Position numbers and translations under genes: made by a program. From the NCBI GenBank assembly GCA_973895155.1, contig OZ316892.1:5044510-5108509 (forward strand): a DNA stretch of 64,000 bases. The letters are read 5' to 3'. Below are positions 46,254 through 58,274 of the stretch, one piece after another (position 1 is the first letter of the stretch; each line of letters begins with the position of its first letter). The notes beneath the pieces are model-generated. The model was not told the origin of the DNA and made no database searches. It saw only the letters and a program-made list of their open reading frames with translations. The stretch is from Marsupella aquatica (Eukaryota; Plantae; Marchantiophyta).

Positions 46254-49200
46254 GAGACGCTTGGTTGCTTGTGCAGACAGTGAGGACTGTTGAGTAGCGG
46301 TCGTGTTAGAGAGCAAGTGTGACTTCGTATGGGAGTGGCTGCTGGTAGTGCATGGGACACTAGGTTGCTTGCTCGAGGTATTCCGTGGAGGCGTTTGGGC
46401 ACCAGGGGCACTTAGGCGTGGGTGCTGGGATTGGTGAGGGCGGGGGTGAGGGCGCTGGGTGGCAAGGTCCACCACCTCTAGCTTTCCAATGAACCTAATA
46501 TTGATAGATTTTTCAGAGTGCTAAAGAGATCATGAGTTTCTAATTTTTTCTAGCTTTACATTGAGTGTGACATAGGGTAATTTTTATCAAGTACTGAAGT
46601 GGTCATGAGTTTCTTTATGTCTCTAGCTTTCCAATAAATCTAACACTAACAGATTTCATCAAATACTAAGACTATTTACTATTTTATTTTACACTTTGGA
46701 ACCCAAGGGGTTCAAACTATTTATATGTCTATCGGCTAGTTTTTAAAAACTTTCAAAAAGTTAAAATATACAAGCATTTTGATATAAAATACCAATATAT
46801 CATTGACAAGACATCAAAATTGTAACTTTGTTTAATTTACTCAATTGTTTGTTGTTCTAAAATTCACTTTTCTGTTTTTTGATTTTTTTTGATTTTTTTG
46901 ATTTTCGCTTTGAAGTAACTCGGCGGTTCTTCCGAACCATGCGCGATCTATACTTTCCAGAGCCACTCGACGATAAACTTGTTTTTCCTTGCCTACCATC
47001 AAACAAAAACACTTGAGTTTGTATCGTGCTGAAAAAATCATTGTTGTTGTTTATGACTGAACCTGATGATGTGGCTGAACATGGTGCCAGAAATTATGGA
47101 AGAAACTTCCCATGAGGGTTTGTAAAAAATTAACAAGGGCTTTAGAAGGAGGGGAAAGAGGCAAATTACTCACTTGGTAGACAAAAGTTTGCTGCCAGGT
47201 AGGTCTAGCAATCTCATTGCATCCACCACCTGTAACCATGGCCACTATAGGTAGCCTACTTGGGTAGGTAACAACAATCACACTGTTCAACCACAAATAA
47301 CACAATATAAAACTGTAGCTCTACGTTGGAGAGTTTCAGAAGCAACCATGGTCTGCATTATTTGTTGTATAGATTTATAGTCCATGCACCCTCTCTGTAA
47401 CCTCCTGTGAAAGGAAGCCAGTAAGGAAGGCGCAAGTTTGCACCCCCAAAAATGGTCATTTTAGGAGTAGTTTCTTAGTTTACCTTTTTACAGGCAACTT
47501 TTTTGCAGCCAAAGCAATAGCTAGAAAAGACAAAATCTTAATGAACCAACTCTCTCTCTATATAGGGAAACATAATATTGTTTAAGCAGATTTATTGATT
47601 TTCATAGGGACCTGAGTGATTCTAACACAGCATTCTGTTCAGTTTACATAGGAAATGTTTGAGGAAATGTCTGATCTGTCACTCTCTGGCACTTGCACTT
47701 TACTTTATTTCTCATTCAAATTTCATAATCCCCAGGCTAGGGTGGCCCAAGGTTCCGCACCTGAGGCTAATCCACTTCACTTGGGGATAATGCCTCCTAA
47801 CCTTGTACACACTGTATACCAGGCTTTTCACTTCTCGGCTAAGTAGGGTGTTAGGACTGTATACCAGGCTTTTCACTTCTCCGCTAAGTAGGGTGTTAGC
47901 CTACACGCTCCTTTGTAGGTTACTATTTTGTCTTTGTTCCTTTGTTATCTTGTGGTTGGGGACCATTGGCTTGTTTTTCTTGCCCTTTCCCCTCTTTCCC
48001 CCCTTCATTGGGCTGCTTTGACATCGGTCTTCCTGTCTCAGGTTGGGCATTTTTTGCCCTTGGGCACTATGATATAAAAAATAATTCAGGGAAGGTTCAT
48101 CGTGACCTACAATGACCGCATTTGACATTTCTGGGAAGTGTCAAGGATGATCTGCGAGACCCAGCCGGGGATAGACAATAGACAGGGGGATAGACAGGGG
48201 TTGAGGGATGGGCCCTCAAAAAGTCCCTTTCAGGAAAGAAGGGGCCTCGTCGGGTTTCTTTTCCCGTGCAGTGGCCCAATCAAGTCTTTCTTCTGAATTC
48301 CTCTCTCAACAGCTACTGTTAGACATGGAAAGACTCTGAGCCGCGTTGACACCTTCAAGTCCAAGTTAGTGGTGGCAGTGTGGTTTGGTCTTGCAGACGC
48401 GGTGTGTTCTCAGACAACTGACCGAAGAATTCGTCAGAATTCGTCTCATTTATAACCAAAACGATTCAAGGCTGACAACTGATCGAAGAATTCGTCTCAT
48501 TTATAACGAAAAAGATTCAAGGCAAATACATGGAAGGCCAGGTAGAACCTTCTGATGTCACCGAAAAAGAAGGCAGAACTCGAGTCTTCAAGAGTCATGT
48601 TATGGAAGGGGTCCTCGTGCATACTAAGGAAAACAGCGAAAGTCAAAGGAAGGCTGCGGCACTATCTATCGGCTGACTAGGTGACTTTCAGGCAAATACT
48701 TGGGTGCAAGAGTGAAAGCGAAACCAACAATGAAAGCAATCAAAATCATATCAGAGCAGTCGTCAGAGGACTCTATCAGAGCTCTATCGTAGTAGTACAT
48801 TAAAGAATGATGAGAATTGTGGATACAACAGTAAAGGCCGGACTTCAGTGACTGCCGAAGACCCCAGTGCCTCGAGTATCATTCTAGAGCTTCTTTTGGG
48901 CTCCTTCTGATTGTCCAAAACCTGCCTCTAAGTCAATGTCTTCGTTGAAGCATGCAGCTAATTGAAGGAGCTACGGGCTATCACGCGTGTTGGACATCTG
49001 TCGAACATTCTGGTCACTCGGTCCCCTTAAATTCCTCCGATCTCGAATCGGATCTTTCCGCTGCAATGCGTGGTGAGCTATTGCGTGCCTTGCTGCTCCC
49101 GTTATTAGAGCTTTATTTTTCAATAGAAAGTACCTGCGAAGGAAAGAAATTGGATCTGCTGGTATGAGATTACATCGAGGTCTCAAATCAGTACGCCCAG

Positions 49201-49907
49201 GAAAGATATGGCAAGTAGCATATATTCACAAACTGACCCACATCCAGGCCAAAAATTATCATCAGAGAGCATTCATATTGGGGGGTACATGATCCCTCTG
49301 GACTTAGAGCAGCAAGGCGTTATACAGTCTAGACGCTCGATTAAAACCACGCCGAATCATTGATTCAGCTTCAGCTGAGTGCGCGTGGAACCCGAGGATA
49401 ACATATATACGATGGACACTGGCACGGTAGACTCGCTTGTTGTCCGGTATCCTCTATGACAAGAGTATGTGATCGCATCCCACTCCTGGACTTAGTTGGG
49501 TTCCTTAGATCAATTGCTTTGCTGTGAATTTGAATTTCGATCTGAAAAAATAGCATTGCTACCAGATTTCCATCGGTATTCGTTGTCCAAACGTGATCAC
49601 TGGCTTGCTTATGTCGAAAGAAAACTTTGCCACTACATTCCGAATCCCTAGCTCAATTAAAATAAGTCACTTATTTTGAGCTCATCGTCAAGGAGTGAAT
49701 CGACTATCAACTTCAAGAGCTCCAAATTCGTCAGGCAGAGATTCTACTATCGACTTCAACAGCTCCAAATGCACTACTGTATACATCATGTTGTGTGTAC
49801 GTGCTACGACTCGCAAAGCATGGTAGGGACCTACTTCCTACGTCGTCAGCAGGATTTCGAAGGACGTTCTTTCAGCCCTTGACAACATCGAGAGGAAGTC
49901 TACATCG

Positions 49908-51734
49908 ATGACAATGGATAATACGAGGCCCCAAAGTGGAAGCCACTGGCAGCCTCAAATACTACTTCTAGTCATAGTGCTTTCATTGCTAGGCGTCAGT
50001 TTGGGGCAGATTGGGGATTCTTGTGGTTATTCCGGTTACATTTGTCCAGCTGGGTACTGTTGCAATAATAATAAAACGTGCGGTAACACGACTGTCGACT
50101 GCGATACAAATTGTCTGGACCAGTGCACTCCTGGTCTCATGAGGTGCGGTCCCTCCCGCAGCGGGGCCATGTGTCCTGACGGCTCGTGCTGCAGCACAAA
50201 CAGTTGGTGCGGAGGAGGCAATGTGTGGTGTGCTCAAGGAAATTGTGCGTCTCAATGCCCCGCAGAAAATTGCCCCAATGGCGGCAACTGCACTTGCGGT
50301 GCAAACGGCGGTATTTGTCCAGATGGGTACTGCTGCAGTACAAGTGGTTTCTGCGGTACCACCGCCTTCTTTTGCAAAGACAATTGTGCGTCTCAGTGCC
50401 CTCCTCCACCTCCAGCTTCAAGTCCATCTCCAAGTCCATCAAGTGGACTTGATGATGGTAAGCCAGGTGGAAATAAGCTGGGACTCATTGTAGGACTCTC
50501 AACGGGTATTCCTGTCTTTCTTATAGCTTGCAGCGTTGTCATCACCCTTTTTGTGCGAAGAAGATATGGCGGTGGAGGTCATCTAGGATGGTCAACGTTC
50601 GCAGAGGACGACCCCCAGATTCAGATAGAGGGGATGCCCGAGAGATTCAGCTACAAGCAGCTGAGCGTGGCCACCAGAGCCTTCACTCCGGACTCAAAAC
50701 TAGGCCAAGGAGGGTTCGGAAGTGTGTATCGTGGGGTGCTGCCCGCATCTGGTATTCCAGTGGCAGTGAAGAAAATCAGCAGTGACTCCAGACAGGGCGA
50801 GAAGGAGTTCATGGCCGAAGTTTCCATCATAAGTCGACTGAGACACAGGAACCTGATCCAACTCCAGGGCTGGTGTCAAGATACAGCCAGAGGGAATTTC
50901 TTGCTAGTGTATGAGCTGATGCCCAATGGAAGTCTTGACAAGGCGTTGTTTGAGCCGTCTCATGGTGAAACGGCTAGCTTATCCTGGTCACAGAGGTTTA
51001 ACATAGTGACCGGCACTGCGGCTGCTGTGGACTACTTACACCAAGGATGGACGCAACAAGTGATTCATCGTGACATCAAATCTTCCAATATTATGCTCGA
51101 CAATGAATGGAATCCTAAGCTTGGGGACTTTGGTCTTGCTCGTCTGGTCGATCATCAAAGAGCAGCAGCCACAACTGTGGTAGCTGGAACCTATGGCTAC
51201 ATCGCTCCTGAGGTGGTCGCTAGTGGAAGATTCACAGAGAAAACAGACGTCTACGCTTTTGGAGCTGTGGTCTTGGAGATAGCATGCGGACGGAAAGCTT
51301 TCTCCAATGATTTCCCACCAGAGGAGACTGTTCTTGTGGACTGGGTGTGGGGACGACTTAGTGAGGATGCTGTATTAAGCACAGTGGATAAACGACTCGA
51401 AGGGAACTATGACACGTACATGATGGAAGTGATGTTGATTGTGGGATTGTTGTGTTCTCATCCTGATCCTGAGGCTCGACCTTCTATGCGACACGTTGTT
51501 GAGGTGCTTGCTGGACATGTTCCGGTTCCTTCCATTCCGGCCTGCAAACCTTCTCCAGTGTTTACATCAGACTCTCACGACTTCTTCATGAAAAGTTTTC
51601 GCGGTCCAAAGTCTGGGAGCATTTCGAAATCTGGGTCTGGGTCAATATCGCTAGTATCTAGGACCACCTCTGATTCAACGGGGTCGTCTAGTGTGACGTC
51701 AGCTGGCGTATCCTCAAATTCCAACCCATTCTGA
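49908..51734 (+). CDS. Receptor-like kinase with 3 hevein (chitin-binding type 1/CBM18) domains and a LecRK-type RD kinase, copy 1, 608 aa, intronless
   Basis: Signal peptide; three CG-x-CP-x3-CC-x5-CG-x5-C-x3/4-C-x3-C modules; Pro/Ser hinge; TM (LIVGLSTGIPVFLIACSVVITLFV-RRR); kinase with RFSYKQL, GQGGFG, VAVKK, HRDIKSSN, DFG and GTYGYIAPE. Confidence 0.93.
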   Translation: MTMDNTRPQSGSHWQPQILLLVIVLSLLGVSLGQIGDSCGYSGYICPAGYCCNNNKTCGNTTVDCDTNCLDQCTPGLMRCGPSRSGAMCPDGSCCSTNSWCGGGNVWCAQGNCASQCPAENCPNGGNCTCGANGGICPDGYCCSTSGFCGTTAFFCKDNCASQCPPPPPASSPSPSPSSGLDDGKPGGNKLGLIVGLSTGIPVFLIACSVVITLFVRRRYGGGGHLGWSTFAEDDPQIQIEGMPERFSYKQLSVATRAFTPDSKLGQGGFGSVYRGVLPASGIPVAVKKISSDSRQGEKEFMAEVSIISRLRHRNLIQLQGWCQDTARGNFLLVYELMPNGSLDKALFEPSHGETASLSWSQRFNIVTGTAAAVDYLHQGWTQQVIHRDIKSSNIMLDNEWNPKLGDFGLARLVDHQRAAATTVVAGTYGYIAPEVVASGRFTEKTDVYAFGAVVLEIACGRKAFSNDFPPEETVLVDWVWGRLSEDAVLSTVDKRLEGNYDTYMMEVMLIVGLLCSHPDPEARPSMRHVVEVLAGHVPVPSIPACKPSPVFTSDSHDFFMKSFRGPKSGSISKSGSGSISLVSRTTSDSTGSSSVTSAGVSSNSNPF

Positions 51735-52896
51735 GAGCGCAATCTCTAGTTCAGGTGACTGAACTGCCGTCCGGAACGACCAGTCACTGGCCTCGCATGT
51801 CATCTCAGAACAGAGTCTTAGTTGTCGTTCTAGCAGGACAATGTCTTTGCTCTAGAAACTGTGAATGTTCACGAGTCGGTGCTGCCAGTTGTGGAGGGGG
51901 AAGGGAAATTTGGTGTGGGCTACTCGATCAATCGTTACAGAAAAACACAAGAGCTAAAAGAGATGTTAGAGAGGCAGAGCTGGATAGGTATGTCATCAAT
52001 TGGTGACTCTCAGATTGCAATTGGGGTAAAATTCCCGTGGAAACTGCCCATGCGAAGCAAAAGCGCGAACAAAGTAATTTCTTCAGGTAAGTAGATGATA
52101 TAGCGATCCTCTGCCCCCCTTGATCTAGATTAGAAATTCTGCCAGGGAGCTTTGTCAAGTATGCGGCCTTTTTTTAACCGAAGATCATTCATGGATGTTT
52201 TTTTTGTTTATACTTTAGCCTGTGGAGTGCATTTGGCATTCAATGAAAGTCTTCCTCGAAGATCGCTTGGTCGCGAATACGAATGCTTGAATTCACCAGA
52301 CAACCGAAACGAAAGAGGGCAAGTTGGACTCTGCGGAAGATACGCAAAACCCTGGAAGCTGGATAAACTGGATCGAAGCAAACTTTAACTACTCACAGGG
52401 TACGCACTGGACACATTGTGCAGTTTGCCAAAATCAGAACTTTCGGTGTTATGATGGTAAAGTTTACCGAGCTCAAGAGTTGGGAAATTCCCGGATATCG
52501 TCTTTGACGTGAGGCTCCAGATAATCTTCGGCGACTTCAAGCACTGAAATACAGTATGCTGTGTTAACGATTGGATGGCATTTCCCAACCTGGAGAATCC
52601 GAGTAGCTTGGAAAGTCCTGGACCACTGTCTACAATGGCAATATGTTGGGCTGGGAAGTTTTACCAAGCTGCCCAAGTTTCGTTAAATTATGAGTAAACG
52701 GTGATCATAGAAATTGAATGCTGCTTCCTAGTTACGTTTCTACCTTTAACTATCCATGCGATGCGTCTCTTCTGTTGAGTCCACTCGGGGCTGAAACTAG
52801 AGGATAATCTTTCTTTTCATTAATTGAATCCCTCGCTTGTCCTAGGGAGACGTTGAACATTCTCATTGGCTCACCAGAACAAAGAGGAGAGATATA

Positions 52897-54257
52897 CTTA
52901 GTGGACCTCCAAATACAACTTGTTTTGCTAATGGACCCAAAGTTGCACACGCCCTCCCAATGGACCTCTGGGCCCACCAGAGGTGCCATTTAGTATGAGA
53001 TGTTCTTCTAACACATTGTGCAGTTCTAATAACGCGAGATTGTCACTGTAAAACGCAGCATGTTTTACTGTTCTTCAGCGTCCAACCGCATCGCCGAACG
53101 CGATCGACTACAATTGCAGTTCCGAGTGAATCAATGTATCCCACAATGTATACATTGACCACAATGCATAGAAACATGAACCGTCACTTTGGCGGGGGGC
53201 GTTTTCGTAAAGTTGGAGGGACAAATTTTTTTTCTAAGTGTGAAATCCGAATACAACTTGCAAAGTGTATACATGACAAGTCATATCTCTGTGTTGTAAT
53301 ACAATATGTTTTGTCCATTTGGGCAGGCTTCGGAGGGGGGTGTCTTCGTAAAGTCAGAGTGACAAAGTTTTTGTCTAAGTGTGAAATCTAAATACAACGT
53401 GCAAAGTGTATACATGACAAATCATATTTCTATGTTGAAATACAATAGGTTTTGCCCATTTGAGCAGGCTTCGGCGGGGAAAGAGGGGCATCTTCGTAAA
53501 GTCAGAGGGACAAATTTTTTCCTAAGTGTGAAAATCCGAATACAACGTGCAAAGTGTATACATGACAAATCATATTTTTGTGTTTTAATATGATAAGTTT
53601 TGTCCATTTGGGAAGGCTTCGACAAGGGGATGTCTTCGTCGTAAAGTCGGGGGAAATGTGCATACAACATGCATATTGTATGCAAGACACACATTTATTG
53701 TTCTATGTTGAACAGGTTTTGGTTTTGTTGATTATAGCAAGCCTTATTGCCTGTATGTAAGGCAGGGGAATCCTAACTTTGTTTAGGTGCAATCTTTGAA
53801 TACAGTGTCCACTGTGTATCCAAAGCAGATGCAACCTAGAAGCAAAGCAGACGCAACCTAGAATCGCGACGTGTCATTGCATGCGTAGAGTAAATATATT
53901 GACCATGTTGTATTCTTCCGATTGCTCTAGATTGCGGCTATTGTAGTTTGAATACAATAGCTATATTGTATTCACAAAAACTAGGAAGCCATCATGTTGC
54001 CGCGCTCAATTGCGACCAGGGCTATGACGCTTGTGGACTGCGACGTTATCGACGGCCTACTACACATGACCAACCACGGTGTCCACAGGGTATGTAGTGG
54101 ACCTGAACTGTGTGGCAAGGTGTTTCATAAGAACATGCTTGTACGGAGTGGGCCCGGGGGTCCATTGGGAGAGAATCTAAACATTGGGGTCCACTGGGAG
54201 GGCGTGTGCAACTTTTGGTCCATTAAGAGAAAAAATTGCATTTGGAGGTCCACTAAG
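52897..54257. mobile_element. Non-autonomous TIR DNA transposon (TA-flanked, Tc1/mariner-like) with an internal ~145-bp tandem repeat
   Basis: TIRs of ~70 bp: cttagtggacctccaaat...gttgcacacgccctccca / tgggagggcgtgtgcaac...atttggaggtccactaag. TA on both sides. About 3 internal repeat units at 53190-53650. Confidence 0.8.
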
Positions 54258-56381
54258 TATATATCTCGAACAAAGAGGAATGAAGACAAACAATTCACGT
54301 CGAACGCACTCTACTGGTATTTATTCCGTAATTCCCTCACTCCGAGGTGAACAATTAATTTAGTCTGACCATGTCCGCACGATGTTGTCCCTCGAGTGCA
54401 CTATTCTCATCCATTTCAGGATCATGACTCAGTTTGACTTTAAACTGGGAGAAACCACGACATAGGTTGGTCCCGAGTATCATAAATTTAACAAGAAAGG
54501 GATGAAAATATATCATATTTTTATGGTAATTCCTACTCAATTTCCCCTAGAATGTTGGCTACATTTAATGCACAACTGGGAATCCGTAAAGGCGCGCACG
54601 CCCACAAGCACGCATTGAATGTGGTGCATGAGTAGATCGATCGCTGATATTTAGTGATCAAAGCTCCCAATAGAGGGCCCTCGTTCAACTAGCCTTTCAA
54701 ATATCGCAGAGCTCTACGATGTTGAAAACCCGCCACTAGCTAGTGTTTCGTCATATCGAAATTCTTCCCGTAGGATGGCATATTACGTCACCAGTTGGTG
54801 CACTTACGTAGCCTCTGATCATGGCAATGCAAGTGAAATCGTAGTGGCGAACGCTAACCGGAAGATTTGCGGGAAGAAGGTGATGTGTTTCATCTAAGAA
54901 ACATGGGCGGAAACACGTTGTTGTCATGTGTTTGGAACCAACGTTCCTAGCTTGTCATCAAACTCGATTTCAACAGGCGGCCAATGTAAACTTAATGTCG
55001 AATCGGATGTCAGGTTCTTCTGGTGTGAACGCTACGTATTTGCATTGCGAGCTCTATGCAGAAACTTGAAGTATCATGTAACAGGAAAACTGTTTTTACC
55101 TGTACCTTAGAATCTTATTTGTTATCTGGGAGAGAAAGGCAGCTGAAACAGAGTTTTGCTTGCGTTTGTGTTTATCAATTAATGCTTGGCCGGCAATTGG
55201 TGGGGTTGGACGTCTTCCGACTAAAGAACCTAAGTACTGTGGACATTGAACGTTATTAAAATAAAAGGGTGCGGTGAAAAGTGGTTCAGGCAAGGGACCT
55301 GGCCATGCCGTCCAGCAAGCCACGTCGAGTGATCAGGTCTTGTGAAACCAAGAACAAACCCAAGCACATGAGATTCAATGGGACACGGAGGATTGAGTGA
55401 ATGAGCTTACACCGTGCCCTTTTGCCATATGCAACTTTCCTCATCTCGAAATCGGACCGATAATTCGCTACCATGGCCGGCTGGGGAGCTTTTGGGTGCC
55501 TTGCTGCGCCCGCTCTCAGTGCTTAGCTGTTCAATAAAAAACATATTTCGATGTATAGAAATAGTATTTGCTGGCCGCATACGATCTTATCGAGGTACGT
55601 CTCAAATACATATTTTGCATCGAGCATCATCCGCCCAGGAAGGATCCCAGGGAAGGATATGGGAACTTGTAGCATATTCACGAACAGGCCGACATCCAGG
55701 CCAAAATTTATCATGAGGGAGCATTCATGTCCCGGGGGGTACTTGATCCCTCTGGATTAAGAGCACCAAATTTTTCCTGTTTAGACTCTCGATTAAGACC
55801 CACGCCGAGTCATTGATTCTGCTTGAGCTAAGCGCGCGTGGAAAGCGAGGTACATACGATGGACAGTGGCACGGTAGACTCGCTTGCGGAGCGGACTCTC
55901 CTGCTGATTAGAGAATATTTGATCGCATCCCACTAGCTCCTGGACTTTCAATTCTGCTTAGTAAGCACTACGGTTCCGTAACTCAGTCGCCTCCTGCGAA
56001 TTTCAATGTCAATCTGAAGAAATACCACTGCTCGTTTGGGTCGATGTTCGTTGTCCAAATGTAGACACTGGCTTGCTTATGTCGAATGAAAACTTTGCCG
56101 CTCCGTACATTCCGAATCCCTAGGAGAGTCACTCATTTCGACCTCATCGTCAAGGAGAGATCGGGGGAGGGATTCGACTATCGACTTCAAGAGCTCCAAA
56201 TTCGTCAATTAGGAGAGATTGTACTATATATCGACTTCAAGAGCTCCCAGGTTGCTCCTGTTGCATCAGACTTGCTTTAACAGAAACCATTGTAAGGACC
56301 TGCTTCCTACGTCGTCAACAGGATCTCGCAGAACATTCTTTCAGACGTTTACAGATCATCGAGAGGAAGTCCACATCGATC

Positions 56382-58274
56382 ATGACAATGGATAATGCAA
56401 GGCTTCAAAGTGGAAGCCACTGGCAGCCTCAAATGACGCTACTTCTAGTCACAATGCTTTCATTGTTAGGCGTCAGTTTGGGGCAGATTAATATTGGGGC
56501 TCCTTGTGGTCATAACGGTTACATTTGTCCATCTGGGTACTGTTGCAATACTAATTTCACATGCGGTAACACGACTGTCGACTGCGATACAAATTGTCTG
56601 GACCAGTGCACTCCTGGTTTCATGAAGTGCGGTCCCTCCTACGACGCGGCCGTGTGTCCTGATGGCCAGTGCTGCAGCACAAACAGTTGGTGCGGAGGAG
56701 ACTATCAGTGGTGCGGTCAAAGCTTTTGCGCATCTCAATGCCCCGCAGATAATTGCCCCAATGGCGGCAACTGCACTTGCGGTGCAAACGGCGGTATTTG
56801 TCCAGATGGGTACTGCTGCAATATCAGTGGTTTCTGCGGTACCACTGCCGCGTTTTGCATACTCTCTTGTGCGTCTCAATGCCCTCCTCCACCTCCATCT
56901 CCAAGTCCAACTCCAAGTCCAACTCCAAGTCCATCTCCAAGTCCATCTCCAATTGGACTAATTGATCCTGGTAAGTCGGTTGTACTTGGTCATGGTAAGC
57001 CAGGTGGAAATAAGCTGGGACTCATTGTAGGACTCTCAACGGGTATTCCTGTCTTTCTTATAGCTTCCAGCGTTGTCATCACCCTTTTTGTGCGGAGAAG
57101 ATATGGCGGTGGAGGTCATCTGGGATGGTCAACGTTCGCGGAGGACGACCCCCAGATTCAGATAGAGGGGATGCCCGAGAGATTCAGCTACAAGCAGCTG
57201 AGCGTGGCCACCAGAGCCTTCACTCCGGAGTCAAAACTAGGACAAGGAGGGTTCGGAAGTGTGTATCGTGGGGTGCTGCCTGCATCTGGTATTCCAGTGG
57301 CAGTGAAGAAAATCAGCAGTGACTCCAGACAGGGCGAGAAGGAGTTCATGGCCGAAGTTTCCATCATAAGTCGACTGAGACACAGGAACCTGATCCAACT
57401 CCAGGGCTGGTGTCAAGATACAGCCAGAGGGAATTTCCTGCTAGTGTATGAGCTGATGCCCAATGGAAGTCTTGACAAGGCGTTGTTTGAGCCGTCTCAT
57501 GGTGAAACGGCTAGCTTATCCTGGTCACAGAGGTTTAACATAGTGACCGGCACTGCGGCTGCTGTGGACTACTTGCACCAAGGATGGACGCAACAAGTGA
57601 TTCATCGTGACATCAAATCTTCCAATATTATGCTCGACAATGAATGGAATCCTAAGCTTGGGGACTTTGGTCTTGCTCGTCTGGTCGATCATCAAAGAGC
57701 AGGTGCCACAACTGTGGTCGCTGGAACCTATGGCTACATTGCTCCTGAGGTGGTCGCTAGTGGAAGATTCACAGAGAAAACAGACGTCTACGCTTTTGGT
57801 GCTGTGGTCTTGGAGATAGCATGCGGACGGAGAGCTTTCTCCGATGAGTTCCCACCAGAGGAGACTGTTCTTGTGGACTGGGTGTGGGGACGACTTAGTG
57901 AGGATGCTGTATTCAGCACAGTGGATAAACGACTCGAAGGGAACTATGACACTTACATGATGGAAGTGATGTTGATTGTGGGATTGTTGTGTTCTCATCC
58001 TGATCCTCAGGCTCGACCTTCTATGCGACACGTTGTTGAGGTGCTTGCTGGACATGTTCCGGTTCCTTCCATTCCGGCCTGCAAACCTTCTCCAGTGTTT
58101 ACATCAGACTCTCACGACTTCTTCATGAAAAGTTTTCGCGGTCCAAAGTCTGGGAGCATTTCGAAATCTGGGTCTGGGTCAATATCGCTAGTATCTAGGA
58201 CCACCTCTGATTCAACGGGGTCGTCTAGTGTGACGTCAGCTGGCGCATCCTCAAATTCCAACCCATTATTCTGA
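56382..58274 (+). CDS. Receptor-like kinase with 3 hevein domains and a LecRK-type RD kinase, copy 2, 630 aa, intronless
   Basis: Tandem paralog of 49908-51734 with a longer (SP/TP)n hinge and a nearly identical kinase. The flanks (~0.9 kb 5', ~0.55 kb 3') are also duplicated. Confidence 0.93.
   Translation: MTMDNARLQSGSHWQPQMTLLLVTMLSLLGVSLGQINIGAPCGHNGYICPSGYCCNTNFTCGNTTVDCDTNCLDQCTPGFMKCGPSYDAAVCPDGQCCSTNSWCGGDYQWCGQSFCASQCPADNCPNGGNCTCGANGGICPDGYCCNISGFCGTTAAFCILSCASQCPPPPPSPSPTPSPTPSPSPSPSPIGLIDPGKSVVLGHGKPGGNKLGLIVGLSTGIPVFLIASSVVITLFVRRRYGGGGHLGWSTFAEDDPQIQIEGMPERFSYKQLSVATRAFTPESKLGQGGFGSVYRGVLPASGIPVAVKKISSDSRQGEKEFMAEVSIISRLRHRNLIQLQGWCQDTARGNFLLVYELMPNGSLDKALFEPSHGETASLSWSQRFNIVTGTAAAVDYLHQGWTQQVIHRDIKSSNIMLDNEWNPKLGDFGLARLVDHQRAGATTVVAGTYGYIAPEVVASGRFTEKTDVYAFGAVVLEIACGRRAFSDEFPPEETVLVDWVWGRLSEDAVFSTVDKRLEGNYDTYMMEVMLIVGLLCSHPDPQARPSMRHVVEVLAGHVPVPSIPACKPSPVFTSDSHDFFMKSFRGPKSGSISKSGSGSISLVSRTTSDSTGSSSVTSAGASSNSNPLF

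Noticed and set aside
56466-58055. Antisense and alternative-frame ORFs overlapping the RLK genes (similarly those over MTP, WAT1 and pol)
   Set aside because: Shadow ORFs of real coding sequence with no independent motifs.
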